NCBI RefSeq assembly: GCF_018350175.1
Contig: NC_058368.1
Coordinates: 11,346,001 to 11,410,000, forward strand
DNA from: Felis catus
Lineage: Eukaryota
Direction: 5' to 3'
DNA: 64,000 nt
Within the stretch, counting starts at the first letter, position 1. Each line of letters starts with the position of its first letter. Of the stretch, positions 1-64,000 are shown one piece after another. The translations under genes were made by a program, and so were the position numbers. Below the pieces are notes generated by a model. It saw only the letters and a list, made by a program, of their open reading frames with translations, made no database searches and was not told the DNA's origin.

Positions 1-2397
1 GCAGGCTAGAACAAAGTGGTGTTAGACCATTACCAATAATATGCTTCTTCCAAAAGTGATGTCACATCTTATTCACCCGTCTTCATCTTACTCAACCCCG
101 AGGCACATCAGGCAAGATCCCGAATGCCTAGGTGAGGCAAAATGAGCCAGAGACATAATGCGAATCCAGGCCAAGAGTTGAGCTTAAAGCAACAGTGATG
201 CCCTGATGCTTATGAAATACAGTCTTCAGAAAGTGATTTTTATCTTCAAGAAGAGATGGTGTTTCCTAACTTAGTAGCATGGAAATACCCAGTTATCGAA
301 AAACAAAAAGTTCTGAAAATGTGTACTCGGCAACCTTACCTAGCCAAACATAGACAAGAACTCAGGCAACAGACCCCCAAAACTCTTCAGTGTGACTTAC
401 TTACTCTAACCCAGTTTATCCATCTCGGGTAGCTATTTTTTCGAACCCCTAAAACATCGCTGTTGGATGGAAGAGAGGTAGACACACTGATGCCGTGAGA
501 AATATCAAGCTCAAAGACTGTCAACAACGGAGAGGAAAGAAAAAGTAACCAAAGCACACTGAAAAAACTACAGTGTTACCTGGGCCATTTTGCATGAGAT
601 CATATCACGCTTTTATCGTAGCCCATTGTGATAATTGTGGTTCATGAGTCATCAAGAAAAAAAAAGCATAATATATTTTTTATTGCAACTAACAATAAAA
701 GTATTGGCATTTTTAAGGGATAAGCTTCAATTGCCTGGCAGCTTGATTCATATGTATGTACCTCATTCCTATAAAAGATCAGAAAAATGAGTTATTGCTA
801 TGTGTTCGGCTGATTTGTGTCAAACCCTGAAAATCTCAACATATTCCTGTGTGATTCCTCTTGGTGTTGTCTCAGCCCTATTCTCTTATACTATCGTTTG
901 GAAAGTTTAATTTGCCAAAAAATGGCTTTTGTGTTTTTCTTAGTTTTTGTGGATTATGCAAACAATATTGGTTTCCTTAGAATGACCTTTCTTAGCCACA
1001 TCAGTTTTGAGTTAGTTATGAATGAATTGAAAAACAATGTCATAAGCAAGCAACACTCTAAGGCTATAGGAATTTCCATATTAGGTCAGATCTATGATCC
1101 ACCAGTCCAGTGTTTTCTTGCCAACCGTGGTTTTTTAAATTTCCGTGATGTCAGTATTTGTCCTAATTCTGCAATAGCCAAGTATGTGAAATGTCTCAAT
1201 TTGGACAATGTTCCAGTACTTTCCACTCATAAGAGAACCCTTTGGCCAGTGAGTTCTTACAGTACCTGCAGTAATGTATAGTAATCACAGTGCTGTATTC
1301 TCACCTAGTCAGTGTATAGGTAACCTTTATTGATAGATGATACAATCTTCAACTAGTGTCATAATCCAAATTATCACATTACTCTTTCTCATGAGTAGGC
1401 CAGAAGCATTACTTTGTCATTGCCTTAGGCAAGTACTGTTTCCTTTGTTCTCAGTGGGGGAAAAAAGGATGTATGCTTATCTACTACAGAGTGGTTATCT
1501 TTTTTTTGTTTCCCAAATAAGCGAGTAATGAAACAGTTCTAATTTTAGATTTTATATCTAGCCGGTAATGCATATGAAATATTGTCTTTATTCTGACTGT
1601 AGTTGTTAATACTTAGTTTTGGTCTTTAAGTTTTAGCAAAATCACTATTTGTAACCTTACTAGTGCTAATGCACTTAACTTCTACTGGTAAAGGGAAAAA
1701 ATTTTGCTGGTTTGTGATATTTGCCCAAAGTGTTGACTTCTTCAAAGTCAGTTTAGTTAAGATTAGATTTTTTTAGAGTAAGTTTTTTTGGTTAAAATCT
1801 GGTATATTTATTTAAATAGTCATAATGGCCTCTAAGATTCATAGATTTCAAAATTGCTTTCTCTTTATGTGATATAAACACGATGTACATATTCTTATAC
1901 TCTTTTATATGTACTAAACATTTTAAAGCAGTTTATTTTTATACTGCTGTTATAGTAATCCAAAGACTGAGTAACGATTTAATTACTGTATTTACTAAAG
2001 ACAGTACTAAACACTAAAGGCATAGTCATTGAAAATACATTTATTTTTTCCTAAAATTATTTTAGGGGAAAATAAATTTTAAGTGCAAATAGATTTGGGT
2101 ATTTTTTTATGCTAAAATAGTATATTTATGTCATTTCGGACTTTTAAAAGCAAAAGATAACCATATTTATTCTTAAATGAGAAATAAATAGACTGTCAGC
2201 CACCTACTTGTGAGAATGTGGAACTAGTAAATTATACAGATAACCTGCCCTCTCCTATCTCTTCTTGTTTTAGTCATGGATTAGGGATGGAAAACAAACT
2301 TTCTTAAGTATCATATGGTCCTTAAAACAATATAAGTCTAACCTATTAGATTACTTTTTTCCTTTTAAACTCTCACATTTAAAATTAAAATCACTGA

Positions 2398-2599
2398 GGG
2401 GTACCTAAGTGGCTCAGTCGATTCAGTGTCTGACTCTTGATTTCAGCTCAGGTCATGGTATCACAGTTCATGGGATCAAGCCCCACATTGGGTTCCGTGC
2501 TGACAGCACAGAGCCTGCTTGGGATTCTCTCTCTCTCCCTCTCTCTGGCCCTCCCCCACTGTCTCTATCTCTCAAAATAAATAAACAAACATTTAAAAA
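2398..2599 (+). mobile_element. Can-SINE (tRNA-derived carnivore SINE), older type
   Basis: tggctcagtcg A-box head, (CT)n tract, aataaa/A-rich tail. Confidence 0.9.
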
Positions 2600-2979
2600 G
2601 TCGTTAATAGGGTTTTTTTAGTGTTTGGAAATAACTTGAATAAACACATAATTTTTAAAAACCAGTTGCGAATTAATAAATTTATATAATCTTGATTGAA
2701 AGTGTCCCTTCCATTGCTTTGCCACACCAACTCTGCCTCCCACCCTTTCTCGTTGCTGCATAAAGTCTCATCCTTTACCTCAACTCAAATCCCCCCAAAT
2801 CTCCTCTAATTTTCCAGCTGGAAAGAGCCCTTTCTCCTTGCCTTGGAGCCTCTTTAAGTGTATTATTCACATAGAAGGCAATGTGAAATGAGAAAGTGAT
2901 CTAGTCTAGCATTCCACCTCCCAGAAGGATCAGCAAGAGTTGAGCAAAGGGTCAGATACTTGTGAACGTACCTCACAAA

Positions 2980-3017
2980 CTATTACTATTATTATTATTA
3001 TTATTATTGTTATTATT
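2980..3017. repeat. (ATT)n microsatellite, imperfect
   Basis: tattactattattattattattattattgttattatt. Confidence 0.85.
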
Positions 3018-3301
3018 TGCATGACTCATGGCCAGTTCTACATCGTTTTATATTCCCAAACAAACTATACACTGTTCTTAGGGCAACAACTATATTTCAT
3101 AGTTTATGACCATGTGAGACAGCTGGAGTATGGTGGAAATTCCTGGACTTTATGTCAGAAGACCTGGGTTTGAGTCGTCTTTGTCGTGTCGATCTTCCAA
3201 ATCTGTTTCTTCATTTGTAAAATGGGAATGCATTCACTGCCTGACTCAGTGGGTTTTTGTGAAAGTAAAAGGAGTATAATGTGCATCAAATATTAAACAT
3301 C

Positions 3302-3518
3302 TTTTTTTTAATTTTTTATTGTTTTTTTATTTTTGAGAAAGAGAGAGAGACGGAGCACAAGTGGGGAAGGGGCAGAGGGAGAGGGAGACACAGAATCTGA
3401 AGCAGGCTCCAGGCTCCGAGCTGTCAGCACAGAGCCCGATGTGGGGCTCAAATTCATGAACCGTGAAATCATGATCTGAGCCAAGGTCAGACGCTCAACC
3501 GACTGAGACAACCACCCC
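3302..3518 (-). mobile_element. Can-SINE (felid SINEC_Fc type)
   Basis: Reverse SINE body; TSD tattaaacatctt on both sides. Confidence 0.92.
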
Positions 3519-3570
3519 TAAAGTATTAAACATCTTACGAATATACCTTATTGTTATTCCTAGTCTAGAC

Positions 3571-3754
3571 CAGTGCATCATAAACTTTAGCACATCAGAA
3601 TCACCCATACAGTTGGTTGAATGAGATTACTGGAATTTACCCCTAGAGTTTCTTATCCGATAGGCGTGGCATGGGCCAGATAAAGCCTGTTCCTCACAAG
3701 TTCCCACACAATGCTGCTGCTGCTGATCCCAGGGCCACACTTTGAGAACCACTG
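3571..3754. mobile_element. MER5A-like hAT/Charlie DNA transposon relic
   Basis: CAGTG...CACTG termini, 'cagaatcacc' and 'tttgagaaccactg' motifs, 8-bp TSD gtctagac/gcctagac. Confidence 0.8.
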
Positions 3755-3764
3755 GCCTAGACAT

Positions 3765-3990
3765 AACACAGCACGGAGATTAAGCACTGGGACTCTAGAG
3801 CCAGACATTTATCTTGAAACCCTGGCTGTGCCATTTATCAGCTGTGCGACTTTATCACATTAAGAAATCTCAGCCTCAAGTTCCCTTGTCTGTGAAGAGG
3901 GTATAATAATAGTGCCCTGCTCGAGTTGCAAGGATTAAATAATTGTGAAGATGAAATGTAGGGTTCACTGAACTGTGCTTGGCATATCGT
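3765..3990 (+). mobile_element. MIR SINE relic
   Basis: ctctagagccagac...ctcagcctcaagttcccttgtctgtgaa...aggattaaat core. Confidence 0.65.
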
Positions 3991-5151
3991 GGATGCTGGA
4001 TATCTGCTTGTTGCTGCCATTGTCACCATCCTCGGCATCAGATTGTTTTCCTCCTCTAGAAGTAGAGAAGAGAGATGACCCAGGAATTTGGAGTTTATAT
4101 TTTCTGCTCCGCTGCCTTCTTACAAACCTTTTTTATTGTGAAATATATGGAGCAAACATGAGAAAAAAAAATCCATAAATTGGTTTAGAAAAATACAGTT
4201 TTCACAGACTGTTACCAAATGAGCGTCATGTAACTTCCTGTACCCAAGCCGAGAACTGGAAAATGGCCGGCTCTCTCTAAGCCTCTTACACCTACTTGCC
4301 AATCACACACCTCTTGTACTGCCTTCTGGTGAAACAATATCTGTGTTTACAGCCTACTTTATTTGTCCCAAACTTTCTACATTGAGGTGTCCAACGTTGT
4401 TGTTTCAACCTTCTCAGATTCCATTACTGGGCCTTCAACTTTCATAATATAATAACCCTCTTTAATCATGCCTCGCTCCTAATTGACCTTTTCACATATG
4501 TAGAACCACAGGCTGATCGTCTCAGGAAGCGAAATACAATGAGTTTTAGAAGGCTTTCCTTGTTTTCTTAACCAGCCATTTCAGAAGTAGTTTGGATAAC
4601 TTCTGTGTATATATTCCTCTACCTTAGATACTTGGAAGAACTGCTACTATTTTCCATCCTCTTAGGATCTATTGTTTTAATCCTATATGATAACATTATA
4701 ATTAATATTATTAAATATTAACATTTTCCTTTCAAATAATACAGATACCTTACATTCCTTGCAGACTGCGTCTCTTTGATTGTAACATCCCGCGCAGGTA
4801 GTAGAAAGCTTATTCGCCTTTCAGATTTGATTTGTATTTTTTCATTAGTAGATTTTCCTTCAACCTGAAAAAAAATTTTTCAACAATCATTAACCTAAAA
4901 CTATAAAAGACACAACGACAGAAAACTTTGGAAATGGATTGGGACTATAGCTGGCCTGTGATATTGTTCAGATGCTTAAAATTGGATACTTTAGGCCATT
5001 GGAGTTTGCAAGTATGTGGGAAATTGCTAAGCCTGAGGAAAAGAAGCTTTTTGTCGTGCTCCATTTAAGAGCTAGACCGTTTTGAGAGCGTCTAAATAGC
5101 CCTGGATCTTCTCCCTGACTGAAGGAAATGTTGAGCATCTTATGAGAATAA

Positions 5152-63304
<58,153 letters not shown>

Positions 63305-64000
63305 GTAATATTTTTAATTTAAATACTTCATACCTCCGTTCATGTGGTCGTTATAAATTTAGATCGTACTTAATGGTTTCCCCTAAAAAAAAAAAAAAAA
63401 AAAAACAAACACCCAGCCTGCCTTTAATAGTGAATCTTAATATTTTAACTTCTGTTATTTTTATTATTGTTCAGTATTTGAATATTTAGCATAATACGGT
63501 TCCTCTGTTAAAAGATTCTGTGTTCTAAACTCATGAAGGCAAACAATCTAAATGGTCACGTGCATCTTAAAATACTACATTCTTTTGTAGGAGGTTTGAG
63601 ATGACTGAATGTTTTTGTTGGTTTGCTTATTTTTTATGAGGAGTTGAATGGTCAAGAATATTATTTGTTTGATCTGGCATAGGAAGGATTTTCTTCAAAA
63701 TTATCTTTCCTGAAGTGAACTCTGGAAAGGACAAATTTATACACAGCAGGATAAAAAAAAAAAAAAGAAGAAGAAGAAGATGGAAAAAGAAGCTTCCCAT
63801 ATAGTAGATAAGATACAAGAAGTAGCAAAAATTTTAGCAGTGTGACTTAGAATGACCAGAATTGGTGGGATTCTTCGTGTCCACTAGCCCTTTCTTGTTT
63901 CCATGCCTCTGTCTTTCCATAGATGCCAGAAGCATCTAGGAACTGAGGCTGGTTAGTTCTCAACATTGCCACCTTATAAATATTTACTGACCCACTTAGG

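Noticed and set aside
817..1281. 154-aa ORF
   Set aside because: GTG start, no recognisable domain, AT-rich intron sequence, no coherent splice signals; a chance ORF.

Overview
Eukaryotic (mammalian) genomic DNA, almost certainly a felid, judged by the many cat-type Can-SINEs and a cat-type L1. The window lies inside the large + strand gene FRY (furry homolog, microtubule/NDR-kinase scaffold). I mapped 17 consecutive GT-AG coding exons between 5343 and 63304. They total 2338 nt (1 nt + 779 codons), the phases are all compatible and the frame has no stop. The gene start and end are outside the window. The introns hold about 21 Can-SINEs, a near full-length antisense L1 (17463-24643, with TSD and four nested SINEs), and a younger 5'-truncated L1 nested in an older L1 (about 32.3-37.9 kb). 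They also hold MIR/L2/MER5A/MER20 relics and microsatellites. I see no prokaryotic-type system, CRISPR array or confident RNA gene, and most listed ORFs are repeat-derived or noise. The best leads are all unverified: a candidate 36-nt poison exon with upstream RBFOX motifs (61509-61544), a candidate in-frame 24-nt basic microexon (43669-43692), splice signals in the L1 5'UTR, a possible RNA switch over an exon donor, inverted repeats flanking frame-neutral exon blocks, and several template-switch scars.
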